27,570 nucleotides of DNA from Paraspadella gotoi (GCA_051294375.1 CM119268.1:23934975-23962544), one strand, 5' to 3'; positions 1 through 10,897 are shown, numbered from the stretch's first letter. The notes: a model not told the origin generated them from the sequence alone. Program-made: numbers and translations.

Positions 1-484
1 TTTTATAAAATATGTTATATGATATTTTAATGTTTAGACTGTAAAAAATGATTAAAATGTTTTAATATATATAAGTTTCTACTACAGAGAGTAAAAAAGT
101 GATGAATTTTCATCTTTTTTCCTTTTTTAAATGCTGAAGATGACAGAAATTTTGATAACATGTTTTATATTTTTGATTCAACTTTTTATGAAGAATCTGA
201 ATCTTTATTAAAGTTTTAAAAAAATTATTTTTAAAATTTACTATTTTATAAGAATATTACTACAAATATATTATATTTTACTATTCAGTTCCCGAAACAA
301 TATGAATACAATATTTTTTGTACTATTTAATCATACTATCTCACATTTAAATATCCTTGTTCGATCATTCAAATAATTTTTTTGTTCTTCAGTGCTCCAC
401 TTTAATGAACAGTGAAATATCCCTGATTGGTCATTTAGATTACCTCAGTTTTCATGTTTCTTTCTTTAAATATTTTTTATTTAG

Positions 485-722
485 TTGGGCATTGCAACAT
501 GTTCACTCCGCCTGAAAGCATAGTACCTTCAGTCGTGACCCATTGCATTGGCTCGTTGGGTATCGAGTTCCTTCTCCAAAGTTGCCTACCCTGCGGAAAG
601 CCTTAGACCTCCTTGGGAGCCCGGAAAACCCTTAAGCCTGGTTCCAAGCCCAGGACCCGTTCCATGGCGGCTAGAAGGGGTTAAAGAAGTTCTTCTGAGC
701 TACTTAGCGCTATATCCACATA
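485..722 (-). mobile_element. Putative SINE-like interspersed repeat with a weakly tRNA-like head
   Basis: GC-richer island in AT-rich DNA whose reverse complement matches 26415-26790 (tgtggata, gggtcctggg(c)ttggaacca, gcagggtagg, gggtcacractga, atgcttnnaggcgnngtgaac). Minus strand has A-box-like TAGCTCAGAAG (692-702) and a T-arm-like hairpin CCTGG-gcttggaa-CCAGG (637-654). The SINE call is inference. Confidence 0.5.
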
Positions 723-814
723 TTATTCTGGAAGCGTAAACGAAAATTAGGCGGTTTATCATACATTATATATATATACAATGCTTCGACGAGATTTCAA
801 TTTTGATGAAGAGA

Positions 815-1430
815 AAATTAATTTCAAAGTCTCGAGATCGAACGGCGCCATAAAAGAGATGGCCTGAGATGGCATGAGAGGGTACGAGATGGCATGAAAT
901 TGTATAAGATAGCATGAGATGGCATGAAATGGTATGAGATGGCATGAGATGGCATGAAATGGTATGAGATGGCATGAAATGGTATGAGGTGACAGGAGAT
1001 GGCAAAACATACAATTTAAATGAGTCCGAGTTTTGTTTACGGACATTTGGACACATTGCATTAAATTATTCAGAGAAAATAAATAAAACACACAAAAACT
1101 AAAACAAATTAGTGAAAAGAACATAAATGTTTTGGTCTATTTTCTCATTTTCTGAATAAAACAAAAAAAAAAGAAAAAGAAAAGAAAACAAGGGTCCATC
1201 CAACCTGTTGCGCCGTAGTGACTTTTTATTTTATGCATAACAAAAGTCTTAAGGTTGATCACAACTCTGCAGTTTCATTTCAAACAACCTGACATCACAC
1301 AAAATATGCTGCAATTACTGTGTGATCACGTGACCATAGTTTTGTGTTATCACATCACTTTCTTTGCCGACAGACCGACCGATAAGTGACTTATAGAGTT
1401 GCTCCTCGAGTACTAGCGGCGAAACAAAAA
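815..1430 (-). mobile_element. Possible non-autonomous Helentron/DINE-like (HINE-type) element carrying the 10-bp array
   Basis: Minus strand reads T-run, gagcaactctataagtcactt, tcggtcggtctgtcgg (GTCN tract), an imperfect inverted repeat (1297-1308 / 1335-1347), a central tandem array, then tcgagactttgaaatt. The layout resembles DINE-1/HINE elements, but no matching 3' subterminal repeat or hairpin was found. Confidence 0.35.
856..1004 (+). repeat. 10-bp minisatellite, consensus GARATGGYAT, ~15 copies
   Basis: Direct 10-nt periodicity (gagatggcat / gaaatggtat); T-to-G version at ~17030-17175. Confidence 0.95.
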
Positions 1431-1520
1431 AAGGAAATTAACGGGGAAAAGAAAACAACAACAAGAAAAAGGACAAAGAAAAACTGAACTGAACAAAAGG
1501 GAAACAGGATTTCCGAGAAA

Positions 1521-1868
1521 GACGAAGACGATGACGACGACGACGACGACGACGAAGATAACAATGAAGAGGCGACGAAGATAAAAGACGACGCATCAAA
1601 GAGATGAACGCACAAAATACAATTACGAGGAACAGATTAAGATCCTCGTAACCTCGTTAGACAACGCGTCAATCAAGCAAGTCAAAGATAGAGACGACGA
1701 ACGGACGACTAAGATGACAAAGACGACGAAACCAACGACGAGGACGACGACGATGACGAGGACGGCGATAACGAAGCAACGATGACGATGACGACGAAGA
1801 CGACAATGACGACGATAAAGACGACGAAGACGACGAAACCGACGACGACGACGACGACGACGACGACT
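1521..1868 (+). repeat. Imperfect (GAC/GAT/GAA)n trinucleotide tracts
   Basis: Runs of gacgacgac at ~1521-1556 and ~1730-1868; counterpart at ~17695-18320. Confidence 0.9.
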
Positions 1869-2179
1869 GAAAAGGACGAGAATCAATTTGACCCAAAAAG
1901 AGAAAAAAATCGACAACAAAAGAAAAAAAAAATAATCAGAAAAATAAGCAAAAATCTGAGGANNNNNNNNNNNNNNNNNNNNNNNNNNNNNNNNNNNNNN
2001 NNNNNNNNNNNNNNNNNNNNNNNNNNNNNNNNNNNNNNNNNNNNNNNNNNNNNNNNNNNNNNNNNNNNNNNNNNNNNNNNNNNNNNNNNNNNNNNNNNNN
2101 NNNNNNNNNNNNNNNNNNNNNNNNNNNNNNNNNNNNNNNNNNNNNNNNNNNNNNNNNNNNNNNNNNNNNNNNNNNNNNN

Positions 2180-2213
<34 letters not shown>

Positions 2214-2889
2214 TCCGCAAGAGACAACAGAAATGAGTCGGAAAAACTCGATTTATGGCGAAGAAAAGACCGAAAATTCTCGGAAACAATTTTCTTTCTT
2301 TTGTCACCAAAGAGAAAAAAAAAGTCGAAAACGAGGCTGGCATCTTTTGAAAAACAAAAGGGAATCGCATAGATCCTTAGTACAGTTTAACTAAAGAAGT
2401 ACTGTAAGAGGCGTAGATTAACCTAATTATATTGCTAGAAATGCGGTCTGTGGATATTTGGACAAATCTTATGCCGAAATACCACCAATTTTTATCGTTG
2501 ATAAAATAAAATACATAATTCTGGCAGATGTATATCACTACCGACACTGTCCGAGTATCTAAAAGAACCCAGTTTCGAACGGCCTTTTTGCAATATTGTC
2601 AGAGGCCATCGGGCCGGTTGAGGCACTTACAGAATGATTCACGATTCTTGTGAAGATGAAATATCCTGGAACTACTTAGGTTCACCAATTGTTGGGTCTG
2701 CCAGACATTTCAAATCTTAAATAATAAAAATCATATTATTGATACTTGAGCAATTTGACTAATGACTTCAGACTATTGCAATAAAGTCGATACATTGATA
2801 AAACTGAGTTGGAATAAAAACTCAAACGTTGTTTCTTTGTTTTTTCTGAAAAAAAAACAGCGGAATTACGATAAAGACTATTTTGGCAC

Positions 2890-3146
2890 TGACAGATACC
2901 AATGAAAGTAATGACAGATGAAAGTAATGACAGATGAAAGTAATGACATATGAAATTAATGACAGATGAAAGTAATGACAGATGAAAGTAATGACAGATA
3001 CCAATGAAAGTAATGACAGATACCAATGAAAGTAATGACAGATGAAAGTAATGACAGATGAAAGTAATGACAGATACCAATGAAAGTAATGACAGATAAA
3101 AGTAATGACAGATGACATAAGTAATTACAAATGACAGAAGTAATGA
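2890..3146 (+). repeat. Compound 16/22-bp minisatellite TGACAGAT(ACCAAT)GAAAGTAA, 12 units plus degenerate tail
   Basis: Unit lengths from 2890: 22,16,16,16,16,16,22,22,16,16,22,16. Confidence 0.95.
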
Positions 3147-3235
3147 AGAATACCATTGAAAGCAATGACTTTCCAATCAAACCTAATAAATATTATAAAC
3201 ATTTTCGAAGCTTGTGGTGCAATAACATTTAAATT

Positions 3236-3474
3236 CAAGGCCTTCTACAATGCCTTTTGAAACTCAGGGATAGGGTGTAATGATAATTTACTCAGGTCAT
3301 CTTAAACTTTTTGAAGCTCGGGGTGCAATGACATTTTGCCTAAGGTCCTCCAAAACCTTTTGAGACTCGGGGTGCCCTGACATTTTACTTAAGGTCCTCC
3401 AAAACCTTTTGAGGCTCGGGGTGCATNNNNNNNNNNCCTAAGGTCCTCCAAAACCTTTTGAGGCTCGGGGTGCT
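3236..3474 (+). repeat. 49-bp minisatellite, ~5 units (2 degenerate), containing a 10-N gap
   Basis: taaggtcctccaaaaccttttgag recurs at 3341, 3390 and 3439 (period 49). Confidence 0.93.
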
Positions 3475-3535
3475 CAAATGGAAGAAAAGAGAAGATTGAT
3501 GAATTGAGGTTAATCTTTGGCCACTGGAAAAGGAA

Positions 3536-3603
3536 AGGGAGGAAGAGGAGGAGGAAGAGGAGGAAGAGGTGGAGGAAGAGGAGGTGGAGGAGGAGGAAGA
3601 GGT
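3536..3603 (+). repeat. (GGA/GAA)n purine tract
   Basis: ggaagaggaggaggaagagg repeats visible directly. Confidence 0.85.
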
Positions 3604-3828
3604 GTTAGAAGCAACAGACGGAGACAAAGACATTAACGAAAAAGAAAACAAAAAAAGAAAAAAATACAAATAAAACTTTAGGGGAAAAACGGGATGAGAG
3701 AAAGAAAGAAAAGAAAGAAAGAAAAAAGAAAGAAAGTGGTAACAGATGCGGCCGGAATCATATTTTTTTTTTTAGGTTCGATGGATTAAGTTTTAGATGC
3801 AAACAACCGAAAATGCAACAACTCTGAC

Positions 3829-3875
3829 TGCAAACACGAATTACAAACACGAATTGCAAACACGAATTGCAAACA
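3829..3875 (+). repeat. 13-bp tandem repeat TRCAAACACGAAT, ~3.5 copies
   Basis: caaacacgaatt recurs every 13 nt; ~5.5 copies at 20800-20870. Confidence 0.9.
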
Positions 3876-5133
3876 TTAGATTTTCAAAGAAAAAAAATAT
3901 TAACTGATTGATAAAAATACTTTGAATGATGACCAACGACAATGAAGTCTAATAAAATTTGTAAAAGTTTTGAAAAAAAAATCTACTGAAAAAGTGAAAA
4001 CTTTTCAACCAACGAAAATGATAAAAAAATTTATACAAATAGTAGTTATGCAAGATAGTTTTGACAACAACTAACAAAATTGGTGTTAAATAAAAAGTAA
4101 TCATTATCCATTCCAAGATGAAAAAATAGGAATCATAGTCGAGATTCGACCTGATATATTAGAACCGAATTCGTTGATAGTAAAGATGAGAAAGATGAAA
4201 AAGAAAAAGGAATTTATTTAAAAGATAAATATTCATCGTAACTCTCCAATCGTTGAAATGAAAAAATCTAGTATCTATTTTTTTACGCCGGAAATCACGA
4301 GAATTTAGCTAGTCGATCCTCAGAGAGAGAGGGAGAGAGAGANNNNNNNNNNNNNNNNNNNNNNNNNNNNNNNNNNNNNNNNNNNNNNNNNNNNNNNNNN
4401 NNNNNNNNNNNNNNNNNNNNNNNNNNNNNNNNNNNNNNNNNNNNNNNNNNNNNNNNNNNNNNNNNNNNNNNNNNNNNNNNNNNNNNNNNNNNNNNNNNNN
4501 NNNNNNNNNNNNNNAGAGAGAGAGAGAGAGGAAGAAAAATTTGGTTTTCAGATTTAAAAATTGAAAGCTTTGAAATCCAAGATTTTATTTCTTCTTTCAG
4601 CAATTAAAGGTTTTCTCTGATGTTAAAGAGAGAAAAAAAGATGAAGGNNNNNNNNNNNNNNNNNNNNNNNNNNNNNNNNNNNNNNNNNNNNNNNNNNNNN
4701 NNNNNNNNNNNNNNNNNNNNNNNNNNNNNNNNNNNNNNNNNNNNNNNNNNNNNNNNNNNNNNNNNNNNNNNNNNNNNNNNNNNNNNNNNNNNNNNNNNNN
4801 NNNNNNNNNNNNNNNNNNNNNNNNNNNNNNNNNNNNNNNNNNNNNNNNNNNNNNNNNNNNNNNNNNNNNNNNNNNNNNNNNNNNNNNNNNNNNNNNNNNN
4901 NNNNNNNNNNNNNNNNNNNNNNNNNNNNNNNNNNNNNNNNNNNNNNNNGAGAGAGAGAGAGAGAGAGAGAAAGCAGTTTGGGTTTTCTTATTTTTTCTTA
5001 CCAAATTTTGTTTAAAGTTCAATATTTATATCTATTTTAATTTTTCTTAGCGACTTAAGTTAAATTTAGAAATAATTATTTTTCTCTAATTAAATTCATA
5101 TTATTTCTCTGTCTCGCTCTTTATATTTTTCTG

Positions 5134-5135
<2 letters not shown>

Positions 5136-5180
<45 letters not shown>
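5136..5180 (+). repeat. (TC)n microsatellite
   Basis: Pure dinucleotide run of about 22 units. Confidence 0.95.
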
Positions 5181-5192
<12 letters not shown>

Positions 5193-5254
5193 TAATTTGT
5201 TTATAATCGAGATTGACGGTTTTATTTTAACTTTGAATTATTTAGGGCGAAACT

Positions 5255-5304
<50 letters not shown>
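5255..5304 (+). repeat. (TCG)n microsatellite, ~16 units
   Basis: Pure run; noisy counterpart at ~22217-22270. Confidence 0.95.
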
Positions 5305-5450
5305 TTCATTGTTGTGGTTTACTTTATTTTCCTATTTCTTCCTAAAATTAAATGTAAATGAGGAAAACATTTTCTTCATTAACTCATTTAATCATTTTTG
5401 CTTCATTTCTTCATTCACCCGAATTTCCCAAAATTGACCTAAAATCGGAA

Positions 5451-5690
5451 TTGACCTTTTTTATCTGACAGTGACCACTTTGACCTTTTTTATCTGACAG
5501 TGACCACTTTGACCTTTTTTATCTGACAGTGACCACTTTGACCTTTTTTATCTGACAGTGACCACTTTGACCTTTTTTATCTGACAGTGACCACTTTGAC
5601 CTTTTTTATCTGACAGTGACCACTCTGACCTTTTTTATCTGACAGTGACTACTTTGACCTTTTTATCTGACAGTGACCACTGTGACCTTT
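5451..5690 (+). repeat. 29-bp minisatellite TTGACCTTTTTTATCTGACAGTGACCACT, ~8 near-identical copies
   Basis: Units start at 5451, 5480, 5509 and so on, with only a few substitutions. Confidence 0.96.
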
Positions 5691-6245
5691 TAATCACTCA
5701 CACACTAAATCACCAACCTACTCCTAATCTTCACACATCTTTACACTCTTGTCAATAAACGAATCACACAAAAACAAAATCGTTCATTTAATCACAAATT
5801 CACTAAATTATTCAATCACTCAAATTGATCCACCCTGGCACGTAATCAATGATTAGCCAATAAACCAATCACATAATCACCCAATCACATAATCGCCGAA
5901 TCACTCTGAGAAAATGCTATGCCTCTCTCTCTCTCTTTCTCTTAGTATTCGAGTTTGACCGTTCATTTTTCTGTCCGGTCAACATTTTCACCGTATTTAA
6001 TACATGGATTTTTGGAGAGAAACGAGAAAACTTTTCAGTCCTGTTTTTAGACTCAATTAAAAACGTCTGCCGACTTTTGGATCCAGTTTTTACGGGTTTT
6101 CGATGATATTACTAATAAAGTTTCTTGATAAACACAAAAACGTCGTATTTCTCGAATCACATGATGAAACAGGCAGTAACGGGAGACGTTTGGATGCTGT
6201 CTCCGCGAGCGAGAGAATAAGTCGTAATCGACACAAACAATTCTT

Positions 6246-6283
6246 AATCACTCAATCACTCAATCACTCAATCACTCAATCAG
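6246..6283 (+). repeat. 8-bp tandem repeat AATCACTC, ~4.5 copies
   Basis: Seen directly; scattered aatcac words also occur at 5690-5905. Confidence 0.9.
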
Positions 6284-6344
6284 TAAACTCCTTCAACGTT
6301 TTTTCTCGGATCACACGATCGCCACTTTTAAACCGCCACTTAAG

Positions 6345-6522
6345 CTCTCTCTCTCTCTCTCTCTCATCTCTCCTCTCTCTTCTCTCTCTCTCTCTCCTCT
6401 CTCTCTCTCGGCTCTCTCCTCTTTCTCTCCGCTCTCTCTCTCTCTCTATCTCGATTGTGCCGCCCCCTTAACATTAAAAACGCAGAAAGATTTCTCTCTT
6501 TTTTCGCTCGACGATTGCGTAT

Positions 6523-6566
<44 letters not shown>

Positions 6567-6689
6567 GAGAAGAGAGAGAGAGAGAGAGAAAGAGAGAGAT
6601 TTGTACGTGATGTCTAGTGAGTTTATTCATCAAACGGGATGAGAATTCATCCTCATGAAACAGTTGATCCAGTGGAGAGCAGAGAGCAT

Positions 6690-6720
<31 letters not shown>

Positions 6721-6782
6721 TGAGAGCAGAGAAGAAGAGAGAGAGAGAGTAGGAGAGAGGAGAGGAGAGGGAGAGAGAGAGA
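6345..6782. repeat. Imperfect (CT)n tract followed by two (GA)n tracts
   Basis: CT at ~6345-6450; GA at ~6523-6600 and ~6675-6782. Confidence 0.9.
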
Positions 6783-7532
6783 AAAAATTTACAAATGGGG
6801 ATCGATGTTTTAAACCGTGTAAATTTTTTTTTCTCTCTCGATAATTAAACTTGTAAAAAACCGATTAGAATTTGAAATTTTTTTAATGTGTTAACTCTAC
6901 TTGTGTTGCCTAACTTTCTATAAATAACGTCCTAAACTGTCCGTTGGCTGAGACTTTTTTTATAAGATGAAATGATCCATGGACCACAAGTACTTGTGGT
7001 CCTGTTCTGTTTTATTTGTTCATATTTGTGTTATTTATCAAAAAACAAAATAAAAACAAAAATTTAATTTCCTATAAATAAACTGATAAAGAAGCCCGAC
7101 ACTAAAGAGCAGGAAAAGAAAACAACAATGTATAAGTAAGAATTATAACTACTTACTACTATTATTGAACTCGTTTTTTTTTTTTTAGTTTAGTATAAAA
7201 TTATAAATAAGTAAACGAAGGATTCAATGTTTTTTTCTTTTTTGTTTTGTAATGATCATCGTTGGACATTAAAAAAATTCGACACTGGGTTTATAAGGGA
7301 CCTGTCTAATGTTGATGATATGTTTTCCGAAACACTCTCTACTCGTCTCTCTCCTCTCCTCCCTCTCTCCTCCCTCTCCGCTCGCGTCCCTCCATCCCCT
7401 CTCTCCTTCTCATCCTCTCTCGTCTCACTCCGTCTTCCGTCTCCTCTCGTCTCCGCCTCTTCTCATCTCCTCTCATCCCGTCGAGCTCTCCGCATCGCGT
7501 CGATCCGTAATCAGTGACCAGTACCGTGTGCT

Positions 7533-8359
7533 TTCGCTTCCTTCTACACGGTGGAATTTTTTCCGTTTTTCGCTCCCCATTGAGGAGGGGTTTTTTCTCT
7601 CGCTCCTTCCTCCCTTTCTCTTCCGGGTATTTGACTAAAAAAAAAAAAAAGAAGACAAGTGGGGGTAGGAGAAGATTGGAGAGGAGAAGGAGAGTGGGGA
7701 GGGGGGAGGAGGAAAAGAAAAGAGAGAAAAAGGGCAGCGACGGAGGGGAGAGAGGGAGGAGAAAGAGGAGGTGGGCAGCGGAGAAGGAAGGAGAGTGGGG
7801 GGGGAGGAAGGGGGGGGAAAAGAGGAAGTGGAGGAGGATTTGATGGAGGAGGAGAAAGAGAGTGGGAGGGGGAGGAAAGGAAGAGGAGAGAAGGAGGAGA
7901 TGAAGAGTGAAGGGGAGGGAAGAACAGCGGGAAGTAGGGGGAGGAGACTAATTAGAGTCAAAGGGCCCTTTATTTTCGATATATAATTCGACATTTGTTA
8001 ATAATCAAAATGTCTAAGTTATTTGATTCCTCTGCAGATGATATCCGATGGAACAAAGTTTATTTCAATACGGAAATATTGTTTTAACCAAATTTTGATT
8101 TAGACAAAATCAAATTAATGAAATCAAAATGCAGGAATTTTATGTCGATTTGATTAACAGAAAAGTTTGGATAAATTCTAAGATATTTGCGGTTTAGCGC
8201 GGATTTCCTGAAGATCGATTTAAAACAAAAACAGAATTGACTGTACTTTTTTTGTTTGTTTTATAAACGAAGAAGCGAGTAAGAGTTCAGTGTAACTATC
8301 GTTTATGTGAAAAATAATTGTTACTCATTTTTTCTTCTTTATTGTCATTTTTATCCGAG
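7533..8359 (+). repeat. Insertion-rich duplicate of 11104-11811
   Basis: Shared words: ttcgcttcctt, tttgact...aaagaagaca, attagagtca, tttgattcctctgc...gatgatatccgatgga, aagagttcagtgta. Confidence 0.92.
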
Positions 8360-8391
8360 AGGTAACGATTAGATTATTTATATTCTTTATT

Positions 8392-8714
8392 ATGCTTATC
8401 CTATCTCTTTCCTCTCTCTCTCCTCTCTCTCCTCGTCTCTCGTCGATCTCTCCTCTCCCTCTCGTTCCTCTGTCGTCTCGTCCTCTCCTCCTCTCTCTCC
8501 TCATCCCCTCGTCTCTCTCCTCTCCTCCGTCCTCTCTCCGTCTGCTCTTGTATCCACTCTCTTCTCTCTCTCGGTCGCTTCATTGTCTCCCGTCCCTCTT
8601 CCCTCTCCGTCCCTCCTCCCTCCTCCCTCCTCGCACCGTCTCTCCCCTTCATGGCTCTCTCCACCCTCCCTCCTCCCTCCCCTCTCTCTGCCGGGTCTCG
8701 TCTTCCTCTCTCTT
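8392..8714. repeat. Degenerate (CT)n pyrimidine tract
   Basis: Almost all C/T. Similar noisy tracts at ~7335-7490 and ~9370-9540; (GA)n tracts at ~9655-9740 and ~9840-9937. Confidence 0.85.
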
Positions 8715-9677
8715 ACCGAGTTCAAAGATCATTTCAGAACCCAAACATTTTTTTTTTCCTCCTCTCCTTCTTTCTTCCATCTTCTTCGCTGGTTCAGAGT
8801 TTTTTATTTTCACAAAAATCGTTTCACGGTCAGAAGATTTTAAACATCAGTGAAAAGTTGAGGGCCTAGAATATTGATAGTCATCTTGTTTTCTTCTTGT
8901 TGTTGTTGGTTGTAGCGTTGTCCGTAATTTTATTATTTTCCGTTGTTGTCATCATTGGTTTTTCAGTTTTTTTGTCAGAGTCACTGGGACAGTTAGCCTC
9001 ACAATTCCCTTTCGTTTTCACCCCTCCCCCTTATCATTTCTTTCAGATAGCCTTATTTAATTAAATGAATGGATAAAATTTTTATATTACTTGTACGAAA
9101 AGTTCATAAAATTCAGCTTCCTTTTGTAACTTTGTTACCAGTGCGCGAGGTAAAATATAGTATTCCCCCCCCGATCCTAATTTAAGGGAGTGGTTTTTTC
9201 ATTACAAATGAAATATTCTTTATAATATTATACACTTCATTGATAGGAAAGCCCAGGTATATCAGCAATTCAGCATTATCCCTTGTAAGAGCTATCGGTT
9301 TATTTTAGCTTAATTTGATTAATTGAATGAATGGTAAAAATTTTTAAATTGGTTGTTCCCTAGAAATCTTATTTTTTTTTCTCTTCCTATCCTCTTTTTT
9401 TTTTTTTTCCCTTTCTCCTTTTTTTCCTCGTTTCCCTCTTTCTTCCTCTGTCTTTCCCGTTTTCCCCCCCCTTTTTCCCCCTTTTTTTTTTCTTTCCTGT
9501 TTCTTCTCTATTGATCTCCCTCTCTACTCTTTCTTTTCTAACCTTTAAAATCTCCAAATAAAATCAAATTCATTTATTTTTCTTTTTCTGCGATTCTAAA
9601 TCCATAAATTAATTTAATTCCCGATCGATGCGTTCAATTCGAGATACAATTTCTAAGAGAAAGAGAGAGAGAGAAGA

Positions 9678-9730
<53 letters not shown>

Positions 9731-9849
9731 AGAAGAAGAGATTATCTTAGTTACTACTGGTTAAATTATAATTTTTTGGCTCAGAGAGAGACACGCAAAT
9801 TTTTAAAGAAAGAATTTACGAAAATAAGAAAAGAAAAAAAGGAAGAGAG

Positions 9850-9912
<63 letters not shown>

Positions 9913-10809
9913 GAGACGGAGAGAGAGAGAGAGAGAGGATTGTGCAGCTCTGGTGAATGGCGTTTAGAATTAATTAGAAATTTATTTTTTCAAATAATTG
10001 ATTTCTCGTTCTGTGGAATTTCGCGGCGCGCGGGCCGCCATGATACAATAAAATGAGAGAAAGAATAAGAGTAGTAGAGAGAGAGAAGAGGAGAGAAAAG
10101 AGAGGAGAGACTGGGACGTTTTCTCTGTAAGAAATCGATCGTCAAATTTCCAACAACTCGATTTATTTTGAGTCAGTCAGTCTATTTTAAGTTCCGTGGT
10201 CCTTCGGTCGGACGTCGTCGTGTTTCAGTATGGTCGTCTGTCGGTCTTTTTTCCCATTAAAAGTTAAAAATGGTCGGATTACTTTTGGTAATACTTTTCT
10301 TTCAATTAAGTTCATATTTGGGTACGATAGTGAAAGCGATCGGCAGACTTGATCCCACAATTCAACCGGTGCGGTTTCATTTTCGTTGCTCTTCTTATGT
10401 TTATTTTGCTGAAAACCTTGGAACTATGAGCGAACTGCTAAGCGCCTCCTGTTGTTTCACAAAAAAAAAAAATATAACAAATATAAAGATTGATTATGTT
10501 GGCAGCATTGCGTTTTCAGGTTATCATCACTCGAAAATACACATTTGAATCGAGTCACTGCTGATTCTTATTTTGGTATTTCTAAGGTAATATGGTTGAA
10601 ATGTTTAATTAATTACATAAGTTTCACGGTATGTGAGCAGTAGAAAGACCCAATACAATTTTGCAACAGCAAAGGTTGTTTGTTCTCTTTCTTCTCTCTT
10701 CTTTTAATAGCAAAAAGTATGTGACCTAAAATGTAACTTATACAAAATTTATTAGAAACTTAATTCTTTACAGGAACAAGTTGAGCAAACAATGTCGGAC
10801 TGCCTAAGA

Positions 10810-10897
10810 ATAATTAATTATTAATTTAATTAATTAATAAGATTAATTTAATTAATTAAATAATAGATTAATTAATTAATTAATTAATTAATAGATT
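10810..10897. repeat. Self-complementary (TAAT)n AT tract
   Basis: taattaattaattaatt runs interrupted by taatagat/taataagat. Confidence 0.9.

Larger units (their letters stand above)
1..10763 (+). repeat. Copy 1 of a >10.7-kb duplicated segment (runs off the left edge)
   Basis: Collinear anchors with copy 2: 2881 ttttggcactgacagatacc = 19642; 3781 atggattaagttttagatgcaaacaaccg ~ 20751; 4971 aagcagtttg = 21901; 8711 tcttaccgagttcaa = 23607; 10707 atagcaaaaagtatgtgacctaaaatg ~ 26241. Similarity stops after ttctttacag at 10763. Confidence 0.95.

Noticed and set aside
637-722. Functional tRNA gene
   Set aside because: The B-box is degenerate (TTGGAA instead of TTCRA), no complete cloverleaf is visible, and homology extends ~150 nt past it as a repeat body.
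1391-2372. Poly-Ser, poly-Thr and poly-Arg ORFs
   Set aside because: Products of (GAC)n repeats and read-through of N gaps.
2697-2708. Minus-strand ATGTCTGGCAGA (MSGR) as a histone H4/H2A start
   Set aside because: Not followed by GKGG or GKQG in either copy.
2736-3180. Cys/His-rich ORFs (ICHYFH repeats), and the CHLIP/SHTIS ORFs at 759-1124
   Set aside because: Translations of 16/22-bp and 10-bp minisatellites whose periods are not multiples of 3; not zinc fingers.
3236-3474. Telomeric or subtelomeric repeats
   Set aside because: No tandem TTAGG, TTAGGG or similar array was seen anywhere in the window.
5451-5690. 29-bp and 49-bp arrays as CRISPR arrays
   Set aside because: Units are head-to-tail with no unique spacers, there are no cas genes, and the context is eukaryotic.
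6103-9967. LS-, ER- and GR-rich ORFs
   Set aside because: Translations of degenerate (CT)n and (GA)n tracts.
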